A DNA stretch of 64,000 bases from Bryobacteraceae bacterium (GTDB lineage Bacteria; Acidobacteriota; Terriglobia; Bryobacterales; Bryobacteraceae). The notes beneath the pieces are model-generated. The model saw only the letters and a list, made by a program, of their open reading frames with translations, did no database searches and had not been told where the DNA came from. The translations under genes were made by a program, and so were the position numbers. The DNA is taken from contig JBJMGJ010000380.1 in assembly GCA_045807965.1 (NCBI GenBank), positions 2,218 through 66,217 of the forward strand, written 5' to 3'. Each line of letters starts with the position of its first letter. Within the stretch, counting starts at the first letter, position 1. Positions 48,960 to 58,302 of this stretch are shown here, piece by piece.

Positions 48960-49274
48960 TCAGAAGTAGATCATGAAAACGTCGTGATTGAGACCGTTGG
49001 CAGCAAACCATCGCTGATGCGTGGTCATCGGAAGAGCAGCCATTCGATCCGGTATCGGACTATTCGGATCCCGGTCGATGACCATCACTTGATACCGTTT
49101 GGTATAGGTATAAGGAACGTCATCGGCGAACCGGGTAACTGCCTGATCCCGCTGATATACGATTGCGGGATACTTCATCTGGATGTTTGGTGGCGGTTGA
49201 AAGTAGACGTTCCCGTTACCCAGTACCTCCAGCAGGCGTTGCTGGAGCTGTTGGCGTCGGTCCGTTGTAAACAC
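48960..49274 (-). CDS. head-tail joining / tail completion-like protein, 104 aa
   Basis: Position only. The GTG start has poor SD spacing and overlaps the upstream gene by 59 nt. Confidence 0.45.
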   Translation of the reverse strand: MFTTDRRQQLQQRLLEVLGNGNVYFQPPPNIQMKYPAIVYQRDQAVTRFADDVPYTYTKRYQVMVIDRDPNSPIPDRMAALPMTTHQRWFAANGLNHDVFMIYF

Positions 49275-49575
49275 CTCCCAAACGCAAGAGCAGACGGGGA
49301 GCCTGCACTTCTACGTCTGTAACAACCCACAGACTCCCCATCCACTCCACATAGCGAATGGCAAAGATGTTATCGAGAGCATAAGCATCGGCAACTACAC
49401 TAATGGAATTACCGGTGGTCAGATCCGAGTTCAGATCCTCACCGGTGATGAGACGTCGAGTGTTCCGCACTACGTCTCCGTAGAGCGGACGCTCGATCAT
49501 CACTTCAGTCCATACCCCATTTTGACTATCCGTGGGCGAATGTGCGTAGCCGACCTTCCCGTAGAACTTTGCCAT
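49216..49575 (-). CDS. head-tail connector-like protein, 119 aa
   Basis: First gene after the capsid gene. Call is from position only. Confidence 0.45.
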   Translation of the reverse strand: MAKFYGKVGYAHSPTDSQNGVWTEVMIERPLYGDVVRNTRRLITGEDLNSDLTTGNSISVVADAYALDNIFAIRYVEWMGSLWVVTDVEVQAPRLLLRLGGVYNGPTPTAPATPAGGTG

Positions 49576-49588
49576 GTCGCCCTACTTA

Positions 49589-51640
49589 TCAGACGTTGCG
49601 AGTGAACGCCCAGTCGTTGGCGGTGTTCGGCGGGAAGTAGTAACCGGTTGCCGGGTCACCCACAACCCGGATCGTGGCACCAGCAGCCAGCGGAGGCTGG
49701 TCGCCAGCGGTCAGCACGTCGTTGGTGTCATCATTGGTGTAGATCACACCTGCCGTCGCCGGGATCGTCAGCACACCCGTCACCGGGTCGAAGGTCGGAG
49801 CGGTCGGCGTCACCAGCGTGCCAGAGGACCGGACGAAGACAAGCGCCGACTTGAACTTCGTCAACGCACCCGACATCCGGGTCTCGATCAGGTACTTGTA
49901 CTGGTTGTAGTCGATGTCGAAGTCGTCGAACAGCGAGACGGCGCCACCCCGATCGGCACCGACGGTGTAGTCGTTCATGTTGACCAGCACCGCGAGCAGA
50001 TCCCCACCGTCGACGGTGTGGTCCTCCATAGCATCGACCGTGATGATGTCACTGACCCGGAGCGCGGTCTTGAGCTCGTTCTGATCCATGTAGTATCGAC
50101 GGCCCATCTTGTCCTTACCGAGCAGCAGGTCGGTCAGGAGGTCCTCGGTGCAGTACATCGCCGGAGTACCGGAACCCCGGTACTTGGTACGAGACCGCAG
50201 GATGGACTCGACCAGCGAATCGCTTCCGGTATTGGCCGGAACAACCACACGATGCGCGAAGAAGTCGTCATCGGTCGCGATCGGCCGAATGTTGGCTTCG
50301 CTGATCTTGTCGTCGTCGTCGACCTCACGGCCGTCACCGAGCAAGATCGCCCGCGCGATCTCCTCGTCCAGCATCAGCCGCATCTCGCCCTTGAGGAAGG
50401 CGACCACGTCGAGGTCCGTGATGTCGATGATGTCATCACGGTCCAGCTTCTGCTTCTTGTAGATCGTGGTGGGAGTGGTGATCCGCTTGGCCAGCGAGAA
50501 CCACTCTTCCTTCTTCAGGCTACCCTTGACGTAACCCTTGGCACGGGCCTGATCGAGAGTGATGTCGGCGGAGACGGTCTTGATCCTCGAGAACGGCGTC
50601 TTGCGAGCACCGCCGATGACCGTGTTGACCCACTCCTGCCGACGAGCGATCAGCTCAGGCGTGTTGGAGATCGCCTTGGCATCCGGGAACAGGATGTCGA
50701 TGTTCTCGATCCCATACTCCACGGCGTGCTTGAGGAACGACTCCTTGAACGAACCCAGCTTCTTCGCGTCCTCGACGATGGTCGCGAGCTGAGAGTGGGA
50801 CAGGGTCGCGCCCGGAGCCTTCTTGTCCTGATCGAAGACGTTTGCCATGATCGTTTCGGTACCTTCCTCGTCACTGTGCTGAATGGTCTCGCCGGTGTTG
50901 TTCTGCTGGTCCGCGGGCGGAGTTTCACCAGCATCCTTATTGCCGTTCTGCTCTTCGTCGTCCTCGTCGTCCTCGTCCTCAGCCAGTGCGGACTGCTGCA
51001 GAGCCCCAGCCTGAGCCGCCTGGACAGCTTCACCGATCATGAAGTAGACGACGTTCTTCTGGTCATCGGTGAGCGTGTCGAAGACATCCTGCACGGTTCG
51101 GGTATCCTCAGCGGGAGCAGTCGAACCGTTCCCACCACCGGAGTCACCCGCAGCGTGCTCGATGTTCTCTCCTTCGAGCGGAAGACCGGTGTAGATGATC
51201 GCCTCGTCCTCGAGCTCCTCGACACCACTTCCATCGGAGTGTGCGATGGAAACATTGTCGATCAGCGCACCAGGATTCGCTCCCGACAGAACGAGTGAGA
51301 CCTCGTGGATCACACCGTGGAAGACCTGCTTGCTCCGCTCGATCAGCTTGTTGGCGTAGATCGAAAGCGTCGTGATGTCGCCGTGCTGAACGAGGGCCTT
51401 GGCCTGCTGGCCGGACTGAGTCTGATTGAAAAAGCCGTAGGTGTAAACACCTTCGTCTCGAGCTTCCAGAACCGCGTGACCCAACACGTTGGAAGGATCG
51501 TTGTGACCGTGCTGCCAGACGAGCGGAACGGTCATCTTGTCCTGGTGCTTGAACGCCTCAGGCATGATGGTTCGACCATCAGTGCACTTGAGACCAGCCT
51601 TGGTTGCCCAACCGCTGAAGTCAGCTTGTGCTGCTCCCAT
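49589..51640 (-). CDS. prohead protease - acidic linker - HK97-fold major capsid fusion protein, 683 aa
   Basis: ATG 51640 behind AAGGAGA. N-terminal VPLVWQHGHN..TLSIYAN..IHEVSLVLSGANPGA (S78-type protease pattern). EDEDDEDDEEQNG linker. The later part has a capsid-like LKGEMRLMLDEEIARAILLGDG. Confidence 0.7.
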   Translation of the reverse strand: MGAAQADFSGWATKAGLKCTDGRTIMPEAFKHQDKMTVPLVWQHGHNDPSNVLGHAVLEARDEGVYTYGFFNQTQSGQQAKALVQHGDITTLSIYANKLIERSKQVFHGVIHEVSLVLSGANPGALIDNVSIAHSDGSGVEELEDEAIIYTGLPLEGENIEHAAGDSGGGNGSTAPAEDTRTVQDVFDTLTDDQKNVVYFMIGEAVQAAQAGALQQSALAEDEDDEDDEEQNGNKDAGETPPADQQNNTGETIQHSDEEGTETIMANVFDQDKKAPGATLSHSQLATIVEDAKKLGSFKESFLKHAVEYGIENIDILFPDAKAISNTPELIARRQEWVNTVIGGARKTPFSRIKTVSADITLDQARAKGYVKGSLKKEEWFSLAKRITTPTTIYKKQKLDRDDIIDITDLDVVAFLKGEMRLMLDEEIARAILLGDGREVDDDDKISEANIRPIATDDDFFAHRVVVPANTGSDSLVESILRSRTKYRGSGTPAMYCTEDLLTDLLLGKDKMGRRYYMDQNELKTALRVSDIITVDAMEDHTVDGGDLLAVLVNMNDYTVGADRGGAVSLFDDFDIDYNQYKYLIETRMSGALTKFKSALVFVRSSGTLVTPTAPTFDPVTGVLTIPATAGVIYTNDDTNDVLTAGDQPPLAAGATIRVVGDPATGYYFPPNTANDWAFTRNV

Positions 51641-51659
51641 TTTGACTGTCTCCTTCCTT

Positions 51660-52961
51660 CTATTCGATTGCTGGTACTGTCGTCGTTCTGGTCGAAGGCA
51701 CTCGAATCGGTTCGTTGATCGAAGGGTCAACAGACGTGTCAATTGGAGTGCCAACAGGGGGTGCCTGCTGGCCTAGCTCCGATTGAGGCATGTTGCTGTT
51801 CCGAAGTTGATTCGCCTTCGGGTCGTTGGACGGCTGCATTCCGATGACCTGACGGATCTCATTGGAAGACAGGATCTCATTCCGAGTGAACTTATCCGCG
51901 ATTTCAGCAAGGTCACCGACCGGTACCAGCTTGAACGGCTCTCGGAAGTACTCAATGGACTGCTTCTGCGTTCGGGCAGTCTTGGTAAGGAAACTCCGGC
52001 GCATTGCCTCCACGATGGCAGTCAGAAGGGGCTCGATGGTACGGTTCTGATAGTTGAGCATGGTCTTCTCATCCGCCGTACCATTCATGATCTCCGGCGT
52101 AAGGCCAAGCTGACCGTAGAGCATCTCAGTCAGATACTTGATCTGAGCAAGAAGATTGTTCTCCACCGGCCGGTTCAATTGGGTGATCTTCTCAGTTCCA
52201 TCCACATAAGCAATACCATACTGGCTGCCCTTGAGCTGGAACTCGATGTCAGCGCGACGCTGTTCGGCTTGCTGTCGCCGTGCTTCCGATTTGATAACAT
52301 ATGGAAGCTGAATAACCATGTCCAGTTTGCCTGAACTCGACTGTTCATCCACGGAATCCAGAAGCCCTAGCTTCCGAATAAGCCGTTGCATGGTCGAGTT
52401 CGGCTGGTTCATGATGTCGTAGAACGGATTCTCGACAATAGCTACTGCTCTCTTGCTGAGCGTAATCTCTTCACGACGTCCGCGTCGTTCGTTGTACAGC
52501 GAAATCGTGACATGCTGTGGATGCCACTGAATAATTTCGCCAACCCGCATGGTCAAGATGTCAAAGTTGCCAGAATTCTGCGGATTTAGCGTGGTATCCA
52601 CTGGAACGATCGCGATAGTACCCTGCTGAATCAGCGACATGACCATGTCTTGCCGAAAAGCTCGTGCGCCTTGATCCAGATTAGCTTCAACGGTAAGACA
52701 ATTGTTCAACCCACTAGTGAGCTCTTCAACAAACCAGCCATTGTCATCCAGCCGAACGTGCTTCATTGCGACCGAAGCAGCATCCGTCGCAAGTCTTGTG
52801 TAAACCGAGGTGACGATCGATCGTTCATTGGTAGTCAGCAAACGAGTTCGATCTGGTCGAAGTGTGTAGCCCGGTCCCATGTCAGTACTAGGAATCCGAC
52901 CTACATCGTCCATGTTAGTGAACGCATTCCAGGCGTGAACTAATCGGTCCTTAAAGGACAT
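51660..52961 (-). CDS. portal protein, 433 aa
   Basis: Size, and position directly upstream of the protease-capsid gene. Confidence 0.6.
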   Translation of the reverse strand: MSFKDRLVHAWNAFTNMDDVGRIPSTDMGPGYTLRPDRTRLLTTNERSIVTSVYTRLATDAASVAMKHVRLDDNGWFVEELTSGLNNCLTVEANLDQGARAFRQDMVMSLIQQGTIAIVPVDTTLNPQNSGNFDILTMRVGEIIQWHPQHVTISLYNERRGRREEITLSKRAVAIVENPFYDIMNQPNSTMQRLIRKLGLLDSVDEQSSSGKLDMVIQLPYVIKSEARRQQAEQRRADIEFQLKGSQYGIAYVDGTEKITQLNRPVENNLLAQIKYLTEMLYGQLGLTPEIMNGTADEKTMLNYQNRTIEPLLTAIVEAMRRSFLTKTARTQKQSIEYFREPFKLVPVGDLAEIADKFTRNEILSSNEIRQVIGMQPSNDPKANQLRNSNMPQSELGQQAPPVGTPIDTSVDPSINEPIRVPSTRTTTVPAIE

Positions 52962-53006
52962 CTTTCACCTCCTTTCTGGAATTTAGCCTAATGCGATCAC
53001 TTACTC

Positions 53007-53606
53007 TTATTGCGTGACCACTCGTCGTCTCAGTTGACGCTGGAAAAAATTGCTTCCAACTTGAATTGTTTCTGGTGAATTACGAAGAGCACGTTTCAGC
53101 TCAACATTACGATATGCTCGAGCGATCGCTTGAATAGACTTCCGACCACCTTCGAGAGTCTTAGTCACGCTGGTACTAGTACCCTTTGCAATTCCTCGGG
53201 CTGTTCCTCGGCCAGCAGCGGTTGCTACCTTGACTCCGCCCTTACCACTTACGGTAGCCACCTTGAAGCCGACTTTGCCAGTGCCTTTGGCTACCTTCGG
53301 CACGGTTTGATAACTCGCTTTTCCAAGCTTTCCGAGAAGTTTGCCTGCGATCTTCATACCCGCCCGATTGGACTTGGATGAAAATGCGGCAGTCTTTGGA
53401 CTTTGTCCACTTTTCGCAATAATGTATAAAGCTGTCGTAGCAGCCGCGGCCACGCCTACACCGACAGCGACTTTCTTCGCTCGGGACATCTGTGGCCGAT
53501 TACCAACCAGGGGATCGTCGGGCTTTCGAACACCCCAGTGCATTCCTTTAACGCCGAAGTGAACGAGGAGGTCTTCATTGAGTTGTGGTTTATCAGCAAC
53601 GAGCAT
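53007..53606 (-). CDS. GVKGMHWGVR-tagged protein with TM and Lys/Gly-rich tail, 199 aa
   Basis: HFGVKGMHWGVRK at residues 16-28. TM segment VAVGVGVAAAATTALYIIA. Lys/Gly-rich repeats. Confidence 0.6.
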   Translation of the reverse strand: MLVADKPQLNEDLLVHFGVKGMHWGVRKPDDPLVGNRPQMSRAKKVAVGVGVAAAATTALYIIAKSGQSPKTAAFSSKSNRAGMKIAGKLLGKLGKASYQTVPKVAKGTGKVGFKVATVSGKGGVKVATAAGRGTARGIAKGTSTSVTKTLEGGRKSIQAIARAYRNVELKRALRNSPETIQVGSNFFQRQLRRRVVTQ

Positions 53607-53620
53607 GAATCCTCCTTTCG

Positions 53621-54277
53621 CTACTTCAGAAAGCCAAGGTCGACCTTGGTGCCGAATCGCAGCGTATTGATGAATCCCTTTCCTGCGTTGACCACCTTGG
53701 TGTCCAAGCCGGTTTTGTGCATGTAGCCGTATGCACCAAGCACGGCGGCGGCCGCTACTGAACCAGCGAATGGACCGTTGATACTACGATTGATCGCGCG
53801 AACGTTCTTCATCGTAGTGTTTTTGACATCCTTGCGCTTTCGCTCGGATCTAGCCTTGTCGGCATGAGTACTGAGATCTTGTTGAGCCAGGTGATGTTCG
53901 AAGGCCTTTTTGTAATCGGGGTTCCGTTTCGACTTGGCTTCGACACTCGCCTTGATCAACTTGCGTCGGGTACCCGCACCTTCGCCGTAGAACATCTTGG
54001 CTCGCGCGAATTCTACAGCATCTTTGCGAGCTTCTTTGTTGGTAGCTCGCGTAACTCCCGGAGCATCGTCCTTACGGACGCCCCAGTGCATACCCTTGAT
54101 GCCGAAGTGAATAAGCGTATCTTCATCCAGCGGAGGTTTGTTCGCACCGAAATGCATGAAACTAGATGCATCGAACGGCGTGAACCCAGCTGCTTCGTCA
54201 CGTCGTCGAAGATCGCTCTCCAACTCTTCTTGCGAAGAATAAGCCGAGGGAATGATCAAACCGGGAGTTCTAACCAT
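53621..54277 (-). CDS. GIKGMHWGVR-tagged basic protein, 218 aa
   Basis: HFGIKGMHWGVRK at residues 57-69. An alternative start at M41 would put the tag at the same N-terminal distance as in the neighbouring genes. Confidence 0.6.
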   Translation of the reverse strand: MVRTPGLIIPSAYSSQEELESDLRRRDEAAGFTPFDASSFMHFGANKPPLDEDTLIHFGIKGMHWGVRKDDAPGVTRATNKEARKDAVEFARAKMFYGEGAGTRRKLIKASVEAKSKRNPDYKKAFEHHLAQQDLSTHADKARSERKRKDVKNTTMKNVRAINRSINGPFAGSVAAAAVLGAYGYMHKTGLDTKVVNAGKGFINTLRFGTKVDLGFLK

Positions 54278-55016
54278 GTTTCACTACCTCTCTGAATGGC
54301 GTGGCATCAATGCCCATCTCCCGGTGAAGGGTTTCACCCCACGCCTTCACGAAGGCTGGTGGATTCGGATTCCAATGGTATTGAGAAAATAACTCAGCTT
54401 CGAGTTCTTCTCGAGACCCAGATGCTGCTGCGTAGCCAGAAACCCTGGATATCTGTAGATGTTCCGGAATGCCGTCTGATGCGGCTTGCTTCGTCGCAGC
54501 TTTCAACGCCGCATTCCGCGCATCTATGTTTCCGCCGACTACTTTTTGCCTAAATAAACCCGGTCTGATCTCTTGCTCGGCATGGAACAAAGCGTGTGCA
54601 GATTCGTGAGTGATGAAACCATTCACGTTGCCCGTACCTTCGGCGAACCAACCGGTTTTTTCGGCATTAGCCAGCTCTTTCCGCTGATCACCCGGACGCA
54701 TGTGCACGACACCACCGCGCTGTCCAGGAGTACTTTCCACATAACCGACCGTTCCATAGGCGTACTCTGCTGGGTTGGTTTGCTTCAGATCTTTAAAATC
54801 ACTGATCTGAAAACCATACCTCGACGCCATCAACGGAGCAATTCTCTTTGCGCCGTCCTTCGTTGAAGGATGTAAGGACGCAGCAATGGTCGGAGATGCG
54901 GCATGAAGCCGATACCCGTGGGAATCATCTGCCTTACGTACGCCCCACTTCATGCCCTTGACGCCGAAGTGAACGAGTTCATCCAGTGGCGGTTTATCAT
55001 CCTGTCCCAAAATCAC
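54270..55016 (-). CDS. GVKGMKWGVR-tagged putative zinc metalloprotease (HExxH), 248 aa
   Basis: HFGVKGMKWGVRK at residues 16-28. FITHESAHALFH (HExxH at 54594..54608). Confidence 0.6.
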   Translation of the reverse strand: MILGQDDKPPLDELVHFGVKGMKWGVRKADDSHGYRLHAASPTIAASLHPSTKDGAKRIAPLMASRYGFQISDFKDLKQTNPAEYAYGTVGYVESTPGQRGGVVHMRPGDQRKELANAEKTGWFAEGTGNVNGFITHESAHALFHAEQEIRPGLFRQKVVGGNIDARNAALKAATKQAASDGIPEHLQISRVSGYAAASGSREELEAELFSQYHWNPNPPAFVKAWGETLHREMGIDATPFREVVKHG

Positions 55017-56764
55017 TCGAACACCTCCTTATTGGCCTTCCAGGCGATGTAGGCGTCCATCAGGGCGGCCACGTTGTCGATCTTGTCTTCCCGTCGAGTC
55101 TTGAGCAACTTTCGGTTGCCATTGGTATCCTCAACGGTGATTGCGTTACCCATTGTGAACGACATTAGATTCTGATCGAACAGGAGAAGCCGCTGCTCGC
55201 TCAGAATCTTTAGCTCACCGAGCGGAACCGACTCGGTTTTGGCTCCCTGGATGACTTTCTCGATCCCGAACGGCCCGTTCTCGGCTTCCCAACGAGTAAC
55301 GAATTCCTTGGCGTTGTAGGGGTCGAAGCCCAGGGTTCTTACGTCGAACCTTTGGTCTTGAATGTAGTTATCAAGGTCGTCATAGACCTCCATCATGTCG
55401 AGGATGTTCCCGTCGAGGACATGCAAGCTGCCCTCTTGGATGAACTCCTCGTACTTCTGCCGCATTGCACCTGGCAGTTTGAATAGTGTCAACTCGGTGA
55501 TGTAACTCCGAGTCTTGACACCGAACTTACCGTTACCGAGCGGAAACAAAAATGTGAACGCACAGAAGTCATCACCCTGAGAAAGGTCTGCGCCCAGTGA
55601 ACAGGGCAGACCCCAGAATTCCCGCTGGCGATGCGGAAGCGTTTCCTCATACGTGAAGAAATACGTGTATCCTTCCATCGGAAGGCCGAATCGTTTGGCG
55701 AGAATATCATTCCGCGAAGCGGGAGCCTTCTCGGCACGTTCCACATCCAACTGATAGGTTTCATAGCTGACCGTCTTACCGATGTTCGGCTGCGCTTTGG
55801 GCCAAGTGGCCGGATCGGCAACCTCGTCGACCTCGTCCAGCCGGTAGTGCCAGATCGATACGTGCGGTGCAAGATAGTCGCCCTTGAGAATGTCCTCGAG
55901 CTCCATCTTGATGGTGTCACCCGAGCCGTTACGAACCGTTCCCTCGGAACTGATCGCGACAATCAGGTAATCATCAAGCTTGGAAGCACCCTGTTCGATA
56001 GCCCCGACGACGTCTTCCCGAATATCGCCGGAAAGCCATTCGTCCACAGTTGACACTTTGGGCCGAAGTCCCTGTAGCTTGTTGATCGACATCGGCCGGA
56101 CTTCGAGCAGACTTCCAGTAAGGAAGTTCTCGATGCCCTTCTTGGTAGCAGCAAGCTTCTGCCGAAGCAATCGGTTACCCGTGGTGTTTTGCATCGAGCC
56201 TTCGGTGAGGAACCTGAACAACGGTCCTCTGGCTCGGGTGATGGCGGTCCGAAACGGACTCATCACCTCGTCAGCCTGCTTCATGGTCGGAGCAGTCGTG
56301 ATCTGGTGCGTGGTCGCGGTGTCGACGTTGAGAAAATACGCTTGTACTGTCGAGCCGTACATCGACTTCGCCGCACCGCGAGCCACAATAAGATACTGCT
56401 TGCGAATCAAACGCTTTTTGATCAGCTTCTTCACATAGTGTCCGCCACGATGTTTGGCGTCCGGCTCATAGACGCTACGCTCCTCGAAGTAGTACCAACA
56501 GAATATCTGCTCACCCCACAGCTTGAAGGTGTCGAGCAGATGCAGATCGGTGCCATCGGTAAGCGTGAGCTCGTTCTCGCAATAGAGAATCCATCCCTCG
56601 ACGGGGCCGGGGTCGTAGTAGATGTTCGGGTTGGCGATGAGCGCGTCGATACGGTTCATCTCCATTGAGATCTGCCGGTTCACCGGGATCTCACCCCGAA
56701 TCACCGCGTCTCGGAACTGACCGTAGTAATATGGGACTGCTGTGTTCGACAGACTCATCGCCAA
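55013..56764 (-). CDS. terminase large subunit, 583 aa
   Basis: Size. P-loop-like VARGAAKS in the Terminase_1 position (R.nGKS). Acidic nuclease-half motifs. Lies in the head module. Confidence 0.75.
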   Translation of the reverse strand: MAMSLSNTAVPYYYGQFRDAVIRGEIPVNRQISMEMNRIDALIANPNIYYDPGPVEGWILYCENELTLTDGTDLHLLDTFKLWGEQIFCWYYFEERSVYEPDAKHRGGHYVKKLIKKRLIRKQYLIVARGAAKSMYGSTVQAYFLNVDTATTHQITTAPTMKQADEVMSPFRTAITRARGPLFRFLTEGSMQNTTGNRLLRQKLAATKKGIENFLTGSLLEVRPMSINKLQGLRPKVSTVDEWLSGDIREDVVGAIEQGASKLDDYLIVAISSEGTVRNGSGDTIKMELEDILKGDYLAPHVSIWHYRLDEVDEVADPATWPKAQPNIGKTVSYETYQLDVERAEKAPASRNDILAKRFGLPMEGYTYFFTYEETLPHRQREFWGLPCSLGADLSQGDDFCAFTFLFPLGNGKFGVKTRSYITELTLFKLPGAMRQKYEEFIQEGSLHVLDGNILDMMEVYDDLDNYIQDQRFDVRTLGFDPYNAKEFVTRWEAENGPFGIEKVIQGAKTESVPLGELKILSEQRLLLFDQNLMSFTMGNAITVEDTNGNRKLLKTRREDKIDNVAALMDAYIAWKANKEVFE

Positions 56765-56773
56765 CCTCCCCTC

Positions 56774-58012
56774 TTACTTCGATGTTGCGATAATGCCCTT
56801 TGTCTTTAGTTGAGCTGCGCCGTGGCTCTTGATCACCTCAGCGGCCAACTGCTTACCGACGCTGTTCAGCACATCGCCAGTCCATTTGGCACCGACCGAG
56901 GCCGCACTCTTCTGCTTGGTCTTGGTCGTGAGGTTCGTATAGTTCTGTTCGAGGTTGAGCCTACGGTTCAACTCCTCGAGATCTTTGTTCGACAATTTCC
57001 GGGTGCCATGCGCCTTGGCTGTGGCCTGCGCTTTTCGTGCATGGATGTGTTCCGGAGCATCCGGAATATGTGGCGCACTGTCAATCTGACTGCGATCCCG
57101 CCGGACACCCCACTTCATGCCTTTGATACCGAAGTGCTCGAGGAACTCAGCACCTTCAATGGCTGTCTGCGCCATGCTCTTCTTCGGCGCACCGATCTTG
57201 GTGATATGACCGGTCGAATCATAGGTGACCTTGATCACAGTACCGTCGAGCTCGTCGAACGCATCGTGCTTGACGTCAACAACCTGAACACCCCAGTTGC
57301 CGTCCGAATCAGTGACGATCTTCAGCTCTCGGGTTCCGGATGCATTGGTACCGGCTTCCTGCGCAGCTTGGCGAAGCCGCTTGATATAGGCCTGCTGGTG
57401 TTCGTTGTAGTACTGCCGACGAAGCGGTGAATCCTTGCTAAAGTCCTTGTTCTTGTACTGCGGCTTGTTGTTGATCCGGTCAATGTCACCGTGATTGGCC
57501 AGATCAGCAGCCCGGTTGTGCAGATTGATCCAGGTCGCGGTAGTGGCGGCCTTCTTCTCGAACCGCTTGTCTTCCTTGGCAATCTTCCTGGTCTTGGCTC
57601 GTTCGCCTTCATGACCGCGGTCTCGACGGACACCCCACTTCATACCCTTGACACCGTGATGCTCGACGGCATCCTCATCCTCGATGATCGCCGACTGCGC
57701 GATCGACGGAGGTGCCTGCTCGTTCAACTGGCCGTACAGCCCTTTGAGCGCCGCTCTAGCCGCCGCAAGCTTGACCGGCGGAGCTTGCACACCACCTCGC
57801 GCACCAGCCAGAGCTGCGGCCGCAGCGTGCACACCGTTTCGGTTGAGCGCTCCGTTCGGTGTCCGGACCGGAACCTTGCACTGGTCCTTGCTGGTCGGTG
57901 GTCCCTGGTGCAGATGAATCAGACACGCTGCGTGCCACTGCTCGATCGAGTAGTCGGCTTTGGTGTAGTCGCTCCATGGCTTCTCACTGACATGTTTGAG
58001 ACTGTCGGTCAT
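56774..58012 (-). CDS. doubly GVKGMKWGVR-tagged head-module protein, 412 aa
   Basis: HHGVKGMKWGVRR (residues 118-130) and HFGIKGMKWGVRR (293-305). N-terminal PWSDYTKADYSIEQWHAACLIH domain. Sits where a small terminase gene would normally be. Confidence 0.6.
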   Translation of the reverse strand: MTDSLKHVSEKPWSDYTKADYSIEQWHAACLIHLHQGPPTSKDQCKVPVRTPNGALNRNGVHAAAAALAGARGGVQAPPVKLAAARAALKGLYGQLNEQAPPSIAQSAIIEDEDAVEHHGVKGMKWGVRRDRGHEGERAKTRKIAKEDKRFEKKAATTATWINLHNRAADLANHGDIDRINNKPQYKNKDFSKDSPLRRQYYNEHQQAYIKRLRQAAQEAGTNASGTRELKIVTDSDGNWGVQVVDVKHDAFDELDGTVIKVTYDSTGHITKIGAPKKSMAQTAIEGAEFLEHFGIKGMKWGVRRDRSQIDSAPHIPDAPEHIHARKAQATAKAHGTRKLSNKDLEELNRRLNLEQNYTNLTTKTKQKSAASVGAKWTGDVLNSVGKQLAAEVIKSHGAAQLKTKGIIATSK

Positions 58013-58026
58013 GGGTCACCTCCTTC

Positions 58027-58302
58027 CTATCGACGTCGGTCTCCTTGTCGGCGCTCACCACGACGACGGTCGCCGCCAAAGATTCCGTTTCGTTTCAACC
58101 AGTCGTCAACCTCGTCCGGGCTCATCTCACGAATACGGCGCTCTTGTCGGCGACGATCATCACCAATTCGAGGATCTCCCAACGGATGCTCGAGGGTCTT
58201 TTCACCAGGATGACGATGCCGAATGATCCCTCCTATCACAATCGCCACGATTAGCACCACCACTAGCAACACCACAAATTGTCCTATCCATAACCAGAGC
58301 AT
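58027..58302 (-). CDS. membrane protein with Arg-rich tail, 91 aa
   Basis: TM segment LWLWIGQFVVLLVVVLIVAIVIGGII. C-terminal GDRRRGERRQGDRRR. Confidence 0.55.
   Translation of the reverse strand: MLWLWIGQFVVLLVVVLIVAIVIGGIIRHRHPGEKTLEHPLGDPRIGDDRRRQERRIREMSPDEVDDWLKRNGIFGGDRRRGERRQGDRRR

Noticed and set aside
49574-51298. 574-aa plus-strand ORF
   Set aside because: It is exactly antisense to the protease-capsid gene. The translation is Arg/Val/Asp/Gly-rich low complexity with no motifs. It looks like an antisense shadow of a GC3-rich gene.
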